DNA of 63,732 bases, counting the filler, from Perkinsus chesapeaki ATCC PRA-425 (lineage: Eukaryota > Protista > Perkinsozoa): the NCBI GenBank assembly GCA_013115145.1. It is 3 parts of 3 records of this genome, joined end to end, with 100 filler letters (N's around TTAATTAATTAA, not from the genome) between each part and the next. Parts side by side here need not be neighbours in the genome. Positions count along the whole stretch, not along the records: positions 29,074 to 58,599 come from JAAPAO010000455.1; positions 58,700 to 63,732 come from JAAPAO010001203.1; 1 more part is not named here. One strand, written 5' to 3'. A model generated the notes under the pieces. The model saw only the letters and a program-made list of their open reading frames with translations. It was not told the DNA's origin and did not search any database. This document shows, one piece after another, positions 47,958-60,141 of the stretch (position 1 is the first letter of the stretch; each line of letters begins with the position of its first letter). A program made the position numbers and the translations under genes.

Positions 47958-49944
47958 ATGGCTATCGGCGGCAGTCCATATGCGAGTTCAGGAGCTCGTG
48001 TGGACTCAACGGGAAAGACTGGAGAAAGAGTAAAGGAGGAGAATTTTGAGGGACTGACGATGCCACCGACGGGTACTAAGGGGTGATAGAGGGGAATAGG
48101 AAGGCGGGGAGTAGTTCCGTTTTACAGGGCTTATATAAATTGGGGAAAGTGATTATACAGTAATGGGGGAGCTTTCTTGAAAGGAGCAACCAGAACAATC
48201 TCACCACCAATCAAATCAGCAGTTGAGAGCCAGCTGGCGCAAAACAAATGGTCGATTGGGGCAGAAGTGTGACAGCATAGACTTGAGCGATGGAGGATCA
48301 ATCATTCGTTCGCCGTCATGGCCTTAATGTATAACAGTGTAGTTCGTCGTCAAACACAAACATCTCTCATTGTGCTGTAGTGAGGAAGCTAATGTAACAA
48401 AGGCTACGTTATAACTTAAATCTCTGCTATGTTACGTAGCTGAGATTTGCGTTGAAATTCAACGGTCGAGTAGGAATCCTATTCAACCGTTCAACTATCC
48501 AATTATAGGATAGTTTGAATGATCTGGATTTAGGTCCTGTGAATGGGGGCGTGCAAGAATCTACGGGTGGAACTCAGCAGGGACGAGGCTCTAACGGATG
48601 TGGAAAGGGAGATCTAGTTTTGTGCGGGGGAGGACCGAATTCAGCGAGATTTTGAGTTTTATTTGATTATTGAAGGGTTTGCAGATGAGAATAATTAACT
48701 ATAATTCGTTTGGAAAGTGCAGAAGCAACACTCTTTTTTCGATGTGCACCTGGCAATGCCGTGGGGTGGAAAAGGAAGACTAGGTGTGGCGGCCGACGGG
48801 CCGACTCAGTCCTGGTAGCGGCCAGATGGCAGGCCGTTAAACGAGAAAAATAAATATAGCGATATCGATAGTTTCAGAAGGATTGAATAGTAATTATATA
48901 AAATAATATTATCATAATTCTATTCTTGATAATTTACCTATTATATATATGGTGTACATTGTACATATAATGACATATATACTATATTACTAATATGCAC
49001 AGTAAAATATTCGTAGACTGTACAAGTATACCTCAATTATATAAATATAATACACCTATCTAATGTCATAATTATATTGAATACGTATGTATTCTTGGAA
49101 TTCGAGTGGGATCAAGATCTGTTTTCAGCGAGGGTATCGGTTCCACCGGTCCCAAAGCGAAGAAGGGTATCTGAGCGGTCGAGTTCGTCGACAAGTAGTC
49201 AAGGAGTAAGGCGGAGCGAAGCGGTTCTTGTTTTTCATTTCCGTCGGTAGGAGTTCCTTGAGATCAACGTACGAGGTCGTCGGCATTCCTTGTTGAAATA
49301 TCAAGTGAGAAATCGTCCGCCGACTCTATTGAGGGAAAAAGTGGAAGAACAGCTTGATGGGGAGGGAACTATTGAATTCAATGAGGCACAGCCAGAGCTG
49401 TTTCCGTAAGGCATTTTCATAGTCATTTCAAATGGGTCATGTGAAGCGCTAAAGGGCTTTGCAGCAACAGTAGGCCTACAGTGAGGCTTAGTCAGAGTGC
49501 TTAGTTCCGTAAGCCGCGCACATTTTTATACGACGTCGGAGAAATGATTTTTGACACGCTTTATAAGGGGAGCCTCCTTTGGGAAGCCAAAATCCCGGTT
49601 GGTTGTGTCTTCGTGAAACACTGGCACTCACCGATCTGTATGCTGCCTCATCGAGGTTGGGAATCCCAACTTGGGATTACATATTCGATCTACATAATTT
49701 TGCCCAATGGAGAACATCTACTCATGTTGGGCGACAAGACAATAGTTAGAATTTGGTACATTTTGTAAATTGGGTATCGGGGAAAGACCATTTCAGGTAT
49801 ATAATGAGCTTCTATGAGAACGGTGAGATTTATTTGCCATCAACGGTAGCCGAGAAACAAGTCAGACTCGAATGTGAAAGATTAGGGCTGCCGGCAAATG
49901 TAATAATCGGCAAGCTCGAAAAAGTGAACGTTCAAGAATCTTGA
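47958..49944 (+). CDS. BTB/POZ (K+ channel tetramerisation/KCTD-type) domain protein, multi-exon
   Basis: Exons 49251-49405 and 49797- splice to 'EFLEINVRGRRHSLLKYQVRNRPPTLL...EFNEAQPELFP|YIMSFYENGEIYLPSTVAEKQVRLECERLGL'. The preceding exon has basic 'PKRRR'. Start (47958) and end are tentative. Confidence 0.7.
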
Positions 49945-50411
49945 GTTGAATTTGGTACTGACAACCATTGTGGTGCTTCGCAAGTCGTCTACCGTATGAT
50001 AATTTGGACCGGTGAGTCACCGGCGGCGGGACCTGGGATATGATGCTCTGTAAGACCATGCTCCACTGAAGCTTCCGCTTTAAAACCGGAAGTATCATGC
50101 TGGAGTATCATAGCTCAAGGAATTATTACATGCATGCTTGAAATCACAAGCTTCTCCGGCGATATCATAGTGATGCATGATAAATTCATGGTATAAATTA
50201 CTTCAACCAGTACGGCGAAGCGGTAGTCGCGCGTCACATGCCCCTATCAAGTACCAATAGAGCCAACATAGATCTTTCGCGCGCCATTTCATTATTCGTG
50301 AGAAAAAATAGAAAATTTCTTCCGGAAAGTTAGGAAACAACGGAAAAATTAGCTACCCTGCTCTCTGGAAGCAGGTCTCGAAACTGTACATCCGATTCGG
50401 GTGATTCGAAC

Positions 50412-52181
50412 TCAAACAGTTCGCGCAGATATACTCCCTGAGGGTTCGTTGTTTAGAAGAGAGCAAATTTTGCGGTCCCAATGGGTGCGAGACCTTCCCA
50501 CAAATTTGGCTGAAGAGAAGAATCTCTCCTGTGCACTCGTCCTACAGATAGACGTAGCAGCTAGGAACAATGTTCCCGCTAAGCCTAATTTCCTGTTTCG
50601 GCGCGGAAATTCGAGCACTTTCTGGGAGAGAGAGCGGAAAATGTAAGGGTTCCGTGATTTCAGCGGAAAATAAGGATTTGACACGTATGCTCATTTATAC
50701 CATAAATGAGGTATTACCACCATACCGTGTTTCTCGGCCCATTGCAATAGTGGCGGTATCTTGTGTACTGCGATCTCTTCAACAGCGAGAGTCACTTCGA
50801 GATCTGCCAACGGGCTGACAACTCTCAGCTCGTCCTCAAGTTGTTGTCTCTCGTCTGCCTTATGTTTCTGCACCACCCTTTTGAGAGCATTATCAGCAGG
50901 TAATGCTTCGGACATGTGCTTGCCCTTAGTATCTATAGCCTTCTGGTGATCGGTAAGGTCAGACTTCTTCAATTTAAGACCTTCGCATACTCTCCAGGAT
51001 GCCCATTTGCCGCTACTTTTAAGATCGAGGCAGAGCCCAAAGCATTGTTTCACTCTCCCTTCGACTCGTAGCCAGGCGGGTTACTAACCAGTTCTCCTAA
51101 TTCCTCTAATAAAGTTCCTCTAATAGAGTACTTCGTCACGCAAGGCATTCGAAGAGTGAAATTCACTCAGTGAATACTACAACAAGGGACTACTGACGCC
51201 ATAATGGCGTCGCCATTTAGCGAAGGTTGGCAACAAGCGTGTTACGTAGTATTGAATCGGTACTATTCTCGCGATGAACTTTGTGCATGCGTGTGAAATG
51301 TGTATGCGTACAGGCACCGAATCGTGTCACGCTGTAATGTTCGGCCGCGGATTCTCCCGAAAGTCTGGCTGTACTATCGCGGACGGTTCCCCGAGCGCTG
51401 AGGGAACACTGGCTAGGAACATGATTTAACTCCCTCATAACGTTAAATTCACGTCACTTCCACACTTTGTAATCTTCTCTTTTTCCCACACGGAGTGACT
51501 TTGGCTACGAGGGGACGTACTGACTATTTCACTAGTATTACGGTAATACTATTACCATTGGTATGGCTTCCTGGCTACCTTTGGCTCGGATCATCGATAA
51601 CGATGAATTCACCTGTTCGTTTCCTTTTTTTCGTTTTCATTTTTAATTAGGCTTCACCTGCCTATGATACTTATTATCGTACCCCAACGCCGAAGAAACC
51701 CTCACCTGGGTGGCCAGACTGGCAACTCTGATGGCATACTCCAATACATGGACCAAAATTTCTAGTTCAGCACTATGAACACCGTGAGACCCCAGCCACA
51801 GATAGCTGATGTCCAATTTCCGAAGGAAGCAATCGGCACGCCTTTTGGTAAACCTTTCATCCACGTTCAAGCCTGAAACAGCTTTGGGTTCATCCGTCTC
51901 CTTCCCGATGAGACCGCAACTGATGATATGAGTGCAAGCGGATTTTTGTAGATCATCGTCCTCAACTGTTCAGTTGAGGGTGAGACTCAACTCAGTTGAG
52001 TCAACTGAGACCTAGTTGAGGGGAACTCATTGTCTTGAAGCTTGTGGAGCTTCCGTTCCAGAATCTTGTGGCAATTGTCGTCTGCAGTCTTTAGTACTGT
52101 TTGCCAAAGCGTGATGTTATCAGGTGGTAATAAAGCAAGAAGCCCCCTCGATGCAATATATTTCGCGGATTGCTGCGGCAA
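50412..52181 (-). mobile_element. hAT-superfamily transposase-like remnant or derived gene
   Basis: 'PLLQWAEKHG..IPHLW|KL...TSAQERFFSSAKFV' resembles the hAT C-terminal dimerisation domain. 'WLGSHGVHS...RVASLATQVRVSS' resembles the CxxH region. No TIRs or TSD found. Confidence 0.55.
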
Positions 52182-55100
52182 ATTTAGCGGCAGCTAATAG
52201 AGCGCCTCATGATACTGAAAAGCTTCTTGTTGCTCAGGAAATTTTCAAGTAAGCTTCAATTCTTGTCGAATCCGAAAATTTTCGCCGGTCTATCGCGAAT
52301 CGCTCAAGAAAGACTTCAAATTTTACACTTTATATTTTTCACTTTCCATACTCTCCACTTTATGGACTTAACCGGTAGACCCCTCCCATTGAATTTATAC
52401 TGATCGGCGAGGAACCTTCCCATGAAACTCCATCCGTAATGTGTCAGACGAACCTACTCGACTCTGTGGAAGTCTCTCAAGTCTGACATGGTCGTGAATA
52501 CGACCAGAGATGGATGGTCTCGATGTATGCCGAAGTGCAAAGCCATCATCGATGAGTAGCATTAAAATCCGGGAATCGGTTAACATTTGCTTTTTCAGCT
52601 TGAGTGAGGATGATTGGAACGATGTCATTAATTTGATTTTGGACGAGGCTCGGAAACGCGGGTGTGTCGCGGAGCTGCTGGTCGACGAGAAGAATACGAA
52701 CAAAGTGGGGATAGTTTTGGCACCAACTTCGACTGTTGTTTCGCTCAGATAAAAATCACTATGTTTGATTCTGCGGAGTAGGGAATACCTACTGGCCAGC
52801 TACATTGTTTTTCATATCGACTTGGTGGAATTGATGAGTTTGGTTCATAAGTGTCAATTCATAAAAGGGATGATGATGGCGTTGTTCAACAAAACCATTG
52901 GTGACGCTTCAGTGTTGAACGAGACATACCAATTGCATCTAGAGGAACGATGCATCATATGATTCCGATAACGAATACCATCAAAGCCGTGAGAGAAGTA
53001 TCTTCGTAAGCATCCTTTGTAGAATCTTAAGAAACACCGGTGAGAACAGATTGGGCTTATTAGCATCGCTGGGACGATTTAAAGACTTAAGGCATTGTGA
53101 ATAAATAAGATGCAAGTTGTATCTTGATGATATAATCGTTACTCAACTGTGATATACGTACGTATTGAGATGTCATCCACCTCAGCACTCGGTTTTTAGC
53201 GTTAAAATGGCCACTGTTGATGAATCTATGGTAGAGGAAATCGACAAGAAACCAGATTTATCAGATGTGAGCCTACCACCCCGGTTCTCGACTCGAGAAT
53301 TCCGGAAACCAAGCTATCCTACTTCGTACAGACTAACTCCTGCATTGATAGTTAGTCAAGTGCTAATAACTGCTACAGTTAAAGCGTATCTTACAGTACT
53401 TGCGAGTGCGCAAATACCGATACCTGACAGTGGTACCTGATCACGTCAGCGATCACTGATCAGGTACCACTCCTATTCACGTTGATTACCCTGGCAGCGA
53501 TATTGTTCTTCGCCGTGAACTGGACCAAAGTGTACGTTGTCGAATCTCGTCCACAAGTCTGAGCGATAGTTCAGTTACCATCGCCTCATGTTCGCCTGTA
53601 CTTTCATTATTTGGTTCTGTCTGCCAAAAGGCATCGGCTCACATCTTCAGCATAGACTTGCGCGAATAGCCATCCATCACAGAAGACAATATAAGAATGG
53701 TACGCCTTGAAATGTCGTGTAACGTTATGGGAGCGGGACTCTATAACTGTTGGTGCCTAATAATATGTATCTGTCACAGAGTTGCACTAATACTGCGATG
53801 CAGAGCAACGTGCATCCGCGTCAGTCTTTATATGGCCACAATCAGAACGAAAGATTGGAGAGCTTCTCAAATCCAGTGGCCAGTGGGAGGCCCAAAGGCT
53901 GGTTCCGCCATTCGCACTATCAAACCCGAATCGCGGGACTCCTGATTAGCTCGGTGCGGATCGGAAGTTCCGAGCCATAGCGGAATTTTAAGGCAGCATA
54001 ATATTACGGGGAATCGAGCTAGTTGCTACCGCCGAAATATCGATTACATAGTGTGGTGAAAAGTATTAGTAAACATCTTGTCAGAAATAAGGGTAAATGT
54101 GTGAATCACATACTGTGATGCAAGTTGTAGGACTCCCATTAAGCTGGGCTTCCTTCCAGATATGGATGATAGCGATGAAAGTGATTATGATGATACTGAA
54201 GTTGTAAATGATGCCGAGACGGTACCTAGACAGTTGAAACGAAAAAGTAAGTGGCCTAGTAAACGACTCCACATCTGTTACACATTCGGAGATTTTACAT
54301 TTTTACATCTCATAAAATGTAGTAGAGATTATCTGTACATTTTATGACCTCGTAGTGCATATCAAGTTAATGACTCTAATGAGTGATAATTGCTGGTTCT
54401 TCATTTATCAGTGGTAGCTTTTTGAAAATTATGATGATAAATCGCGACATTTTAGGATCGGGCTTTTGAAAAATTCTCCGCTATATGGGCTCACCCGTAA
54501 TCCAAACTCGGGCAGATGCGTTCACCTACTACGAGAAGCCTAGGGCAAGACTTTCAATTCAAGAGTTTGAAATGATAGATTCACTTCATAGGTACACTTC
54601 AGCTAGCAGCCATGTCGATGGATGGACTGAAAAGAGCGATCGGTTCCTCGGAAGATATGTTCAAGTGAGTCAACGCTGCTGTCCCAGCGTGCTTTTCACT
54701 TCGAGCTGCAACCAGATATCTAGGCTCATTTGCGAACCGGTTTTCACGACACGTTTTCCGGCATTTTATCATGCATGGTTTTGGTATGCTGAATTAGGGC
54801 CATTGTGGAGCGCAATGCATTTGTGAGAGATTTGCTGAAGGAGTCTAGGCGAGAAATGCTACAACTGAGGATGCAACAAGACAGGTAACGCTTCATTAGC
54901 TCTTCTTTTTCGTCGGCTAATATGTTGCCTCGATACTATCGATTCGGTAGGAGACACTTTGCGCAAAGTATGGCTGTTTTTGGTCGGCGCATTACTGTAA
55001 CACACGGACACATGCAGTACGATAGGGAAAAGTTCCTGTTCTTTACAAGGGGAGTACCAAAACTTGGAAAACAAGAGCCGTGATATTCTTTCACTGGAAC

Positions 55101-58100
55101 GCACGGGTGTGTTTTCAGTTTTCACAAGTGTGTTCTGGTCATTTCCTAATTTCCTCTTGGTTATAATAATTTGGTTTTGCCGGCCAAGACTTGACCTATT
55201 TCGGTAATATGTTGAAACATTGCAGTACTTTCGGGCACTAGGGGGCTACTCTCGTTTGTGGGGGGCGAAGTAGCATTATTATAGAACTGTCGTTGGGTGT
55301 CGCAAGTCGCATGGTCGAGTGATTCTCCAGAGAACGTGCGGTGGTGGAGGAAAGATTCCGGAGACAGTCATCGAGCACGGAAAGGAAAACCAGAACGATA
55401 CTTGATGAGTGAGAAATTCATATACAGTATAAAAAGTATAAGTCGGCAGAGATACAAATAGTCATTTTAGAGTTAGTATTATATATTAGTCAGTATAGTA
55501 TAGAAGAGATGACATAATTCACTGAATTAAATCTGGACTAAATTCAGACTATGATTATACGTTGTATACTATTTTTAGCACTTATTGACACGTAGCTTAT
55601 ACACTTTGGAATCGGGATAGTTATGTAAGCGGCTTTTCCCGAAGAATATGTAGATTAAGATATTTGATAATTCCACTGCCAGACCACTCGAGTTGCTCAA
55701 CTCGGGTTACTTGGGTCGCATGAGCTAGAATTCTATCGCTCTGTTTTCCCACAAGCACTCGGCTTTCCATATAGTGCGCCTTTCCGGTGGTATTGACCTG
55801 TCGACTACGGCGCGTTGCTGGCTCGAAGCATGCACGAGTTCTGAAACATTTCCGATACGCGTGATGAATCATCGTGAATAAAAATGGAAGAAAGGGCTTC
55901 CCGGAAAGAGCCTGTCGCTGTCTCAGTCTTTGGGCATACTTGAAAGCATTATTATACTGCCGGTTGAGAGAGCATATAGAGCAGCAACGATCCCAAAAGG
56001 TAAGCTTGTGTCGATTGCGTCCCTAGAGCGCAACCATAGCCACCACCCTCGGAAAACGAGGTTCGGATGCCGTCAGTAGGAAGTAGGGGTTAGCTAAAGA
56101 GTGGCGAGAGCACCACGAAGAGACGACGGTTACTGCATGGAATCTCGACTTGTCTTGCTTATTTTTGTACGAGTATCCAATCGACAAATTTTTGAGAGGG
56201 AAAAATACTAATCTATGCATCTCTTCCCAATACAATGACCCGCGCGACATTACCAGCATTTTTACCAACAAAGGAATGCCATACTGAAGTCGATATCGGA
56301 AATTTTCTCTTGTAGCTCCTACGGGATATGCACCTTTCCTTACCCGCGGTGCGCATGAGGCCACGCAGCTACATGATAGACCGTGAAAGGGACATCTCCC
56401 TAACATTCCGTGTAAGTCCCCCGAGGGAACATTCATCGTCTTTCTGATGCCACGGATGTACATCTCCGATAGACCTCACCCTTTAAGAGGGCATCCCGCG
56501 ATCATAAAGCTCAAGATCATTCCGAATGATTTTGGCACTCCGTAGTGTACCAGCAGGTATGGGTTCCCCATAGCAAGCTCGACAGCTGCGTGCAACCATC
56601 GAAGGAATCCATTGGAGCAGAGGCGAGTCGGATGACCTGAGCGTTGTTTGTGAGGTGATGGTCATCTTGTCAGAAGCATCTCAGAAAGGTGGCACCAAGG
56701 GAGCCGTACGGGTAAGAAAGCCTATTGTTTCTAAACAAGAGGTTCCCAGCAGGCCTTTCGGTTTTGGGCATTTGCCGATGTTGATATGTTCGAGACCAAG
56801 CTCGAAAGATTCGCAGATTCCTGGTTACGTTCGGAGTTTGCTTTGATAGGTGAAGTCTATGAAGCATCGCGAGCAGATCCACTAAATTCAGGGCTACTCG
56901 AGTTAATAGTTCATAAAGTCCAAGAGCTTTCTCATTTGCCTCCACGGTCGTGCTCCGACGTCTCAGTCTTCGCGAAGATTGTTGAAGTCGAGCTCATCGG
57001 ATGGGCCGCTAAGCAAGTGAGCTCTTGACTCTGGGATGTTGTGTAACTCATGGAACGTCACGTTCGTTACCAGTCTGACATGATGTCAGTGACATCCCAA
57101 ATGAGGATTCCTAATCGAGCTCGGTGAGCCCAGTGAATACGGCTAAAGTGCTGTAGAAACTGCTGCTGCTGTTAACATTCGAGCAGCTCGAATGATTCGC
57201 GATGTATGTTCGTGGCTTTTCGCTGTTCTACGAGCTTCTGAGAACTCAGCTCTCAGAATGTCACTTTAGCTCTACGGGACCTTCCTCACAGTGTGTGATT
57301 CATACAGTTCCGCTATAGTAATGAGATATGCTAGACTTGAAGGCCTAACCTTGAGACGAGACAACGCCTCACAAATCCTGTCATTTATTAGGACTGGCAG
57401 ATTGCGGAAATTCGGCGTCGGAAGGCTGCAGAGGTGAGACTCGTTGCCGATGGGATCGCGACGCAAATAAATTCACCTGGAATGGAATAGCAAATGCTAT
57501 CTAATTTGAAGACTAGCAGTATCGGGAAATTATCGAAATTGCTCTTCCATAGGAACTTAAGGCAGTTCAGTGTCCTGCTGTAGTGTAGTGTCTACGCAGG
57601 CAGAGAGGTCTAAGGGAACGGCGGCAAGCAAGATTGATGACTCATAAGCACAACACATTGGAGCTCATCGGACTTCCTGGTTCGACCCATAATCAGCAAG
57701 TCCCAACTGCCTCATGTATGTATGGTGCGTGGTATCAGATTGTATCTCAGGTTGTGTTAGTCTTATAGTCAGTTATGCATCTTCCTGATCGAGAACAAGT
57801 TGTCAGGATTACTTTCCCAGGAAATCCCACTAGCTTTTCTTTCAAGTGGCGCTGTCATCGTGTGTAATTAGAGATGTTGGGCGAGGCCTCTGGTGATGTG
57901 ACTCGAGGGTTTCCCTACAGCGCTAGTAGCGTTGCGGTTCTGCCGCAGTACTACTGCCGGAGCTAGTAGGATATCGGTGAGCTAAATCTGACACCACAGT
58001 CACATTGCTCAGTGACGTGCGACGTACGCGTACGTGCTCTGAACCGAGGCATGCAGTATTACAAACACCACAAAGATGAGGTATATCCGAAGGAAGATAG

Positions 58101-58599
58101 AGCAGTAAACAGAGTGAGTAATGAGTAGAATATCAGTGAATAGAGCTAGTAATAGCGTGGTACGACAATTGTGCGATAGACAGGACTTGTGTGAGTAGCC
58201 CACAGTGAGTTATATAGTACACCGTACACAGTGCACGTGGTCAGTGCTGATGCAGACGAAGCAAACCCCTCCTGTTTCTACCATAGATCTCATCCCATGG
58301 CATCACAACTGAACCAATTTCATTTCAGTGCTGCTCGGAGTAGCCTACTTCGATAATCCAGGCGCTCGCACAGCAGAATCGATACTCCCGATCTAACTCC
58401 ACTGAGTCACAACCGATTCCATCCTGAGTTTCAAGCCAATCGATGAGCAGGGTTCACTAATTATACGCACGTGCAGAGCTCTCCTCACACATTAAGGTAA
58501 GAACCTTTCACGAGTTCTACATTTACGTGCAAGCCACGGATACCGTGAGCGAAGTTTAAGCGAACCGACTAACCCGAGAGACAGCGCACGACACAAGCG

Positions 58600-58699
58600 N
58601 NNNNNNNNNNNNNNNNNNNNNNNNNNNNNNNNNNNNNNNNNNNTTAATTAATTAANNNNNNNNNNNNNNNNNNNNNNNNNNNNNNNNNNNNNNNNNNNN
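58600..58699. other. 100-nt assembly gap with TTAATTAATTAA linker (58644-58655)
   Basis: Same structure as 28974-29073; a 38-bp AT-rich tandem duplication (58700-58775) abuts it. Confidence 0.97.
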
Positions 58700-58789
58700 A
58701 CATTTATATATTATTTTTATGCCTCCACTTCCTCATTACATTTATATATTATTTTTATGCCTCCACTTCCCCCTACTACATTTGGTGCC

Positions 58790-60060
58790 GGTCCGTATCG
58801 TTGTGAAAATTGATGATCCACACAGTCAGCAAATTCGTCCTCATTTTCCCCTCGACGTTTGGTCGGCCCTCCTGATGCCGTGGGCGGCTGTGCGGCACTT
58901 GGTTGACCTGACTAACATTTAACAACCAAATTGAGATGGTTCGCATCCTTCTCCCATGTTGAATAGAGCTCAGTTACCCCGTATTCTAGATAGCAAATAT
59001 TTTCGAGTACGTAGTATTATAAGAAAAATTTGGAAAATCAAAATTATTTTTGATAAATAATTCCTGGTTCAGTCCCCATACTGTTATAGATAATTATTAT
59101 TACCACTAGAAGGTCCAGCATTAAAATCATAATACTGTGGACCGCCGACGCCTCGATGCTCTTCCATTCGAGGTTGATAGAGGAGGGAGCGGTATGGAAC
59201 AACAACACAACTATCTAACAATACCTTCAACCACTCTTTCATGTAATTCACAGACCACAGGCATGCAGCAGCTCCCCGATACAGATTAAAACGCATTTCG
59301 TCGAGTCCAACTACAGCGCCTTTCTGATGAGGTTCTCCTGCACTCTCCCTACTCTGGTGATCGTGAGCAGAAAAATTTGTTGAAAATGAAACCGAAACCG
59401 CAAAAGCGCAGGTGTCTGTAGGATTCTATATTATCCAGCCTCAGACTGCAGTTGGTGCCGATCAGGAATGGTTACCCGCCCTGTCCCTTTATATATCCCT
59501 ATTATGCACCTCCGCTTCACCTTACCTACTCGACACATTCGAAAATACACTTCTTCCGACAACTTCACACTCAACGGGAAATTTCTGAAATTTTCCAAAA
59601 ATTTAAATCCTTAGTTCATTCTTTCGTTCTTAAACCAGAGCCAATGATACTTCTATACCGAGAACAGACCTCACAGGAGCACTTTTAACAGTTCTACTTG
59701 TTACATGATAACACTAACTTTACCATACTCACCAGAGCTAACTTTGACCAAGATCCCTCTTTTCCCTCAGCACTACCAACACAACAGTGGCTGAAGTACG
59801 TGATAATAGATTTAATGAGAAATGATACAGATTCTGCCCCTTCAATACGCGACCGATAACTCAATGTACCATCCACAAAGACGATTCGATATGACACTTC
59901 AGGGAGATGCGATCATTCTACGAATGATAATAATATTACTACTATAATAGGGGATGTAGTAGGCAAGCAGTTCGACATAATGGAGTAGGAGGCAAAGATG
60001 ACAATATACCGTAACCAGGAATTGTACCATAGACCAATGGAATGATAAACAAACATACTA
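58790..60060 (-). CDS. Hypothetical (probably membrane) protein, multi-exon, 3' end lost in gap
   Basis: In-frame join '...YYDFNAGPSS|GQPSAAQPPTASGG...EFADCVDHQFSQRYGPAPN', with hydrophobic upstream exons. 'F..RYG..P' is weakly reminiscent of FAF2/UBX proteins. Confidence 0.35.
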
Positions 60061-60141
60061 ACCTACTCAACAAACTGATCACAATACCATCACAAATAGG
60101 ATCAGCCAAGCAGAGCTCCAGGCATCATCCAGCCATACCGT

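Noticed and set aside
54485-54826. DNA primase large subunit-like start 'YYEKPRARLSIQEFE'
   Set aside because: The resemblance is limited to ~15 residues and the downstream conserved blocks could not be assembled.
56000-57028. Protein kinase remnant (DFG at ~56530, 'SRGESDDL')
   Set aside because: Motifs are scattered across frames with stops, and no HRD or glycine loop was found.
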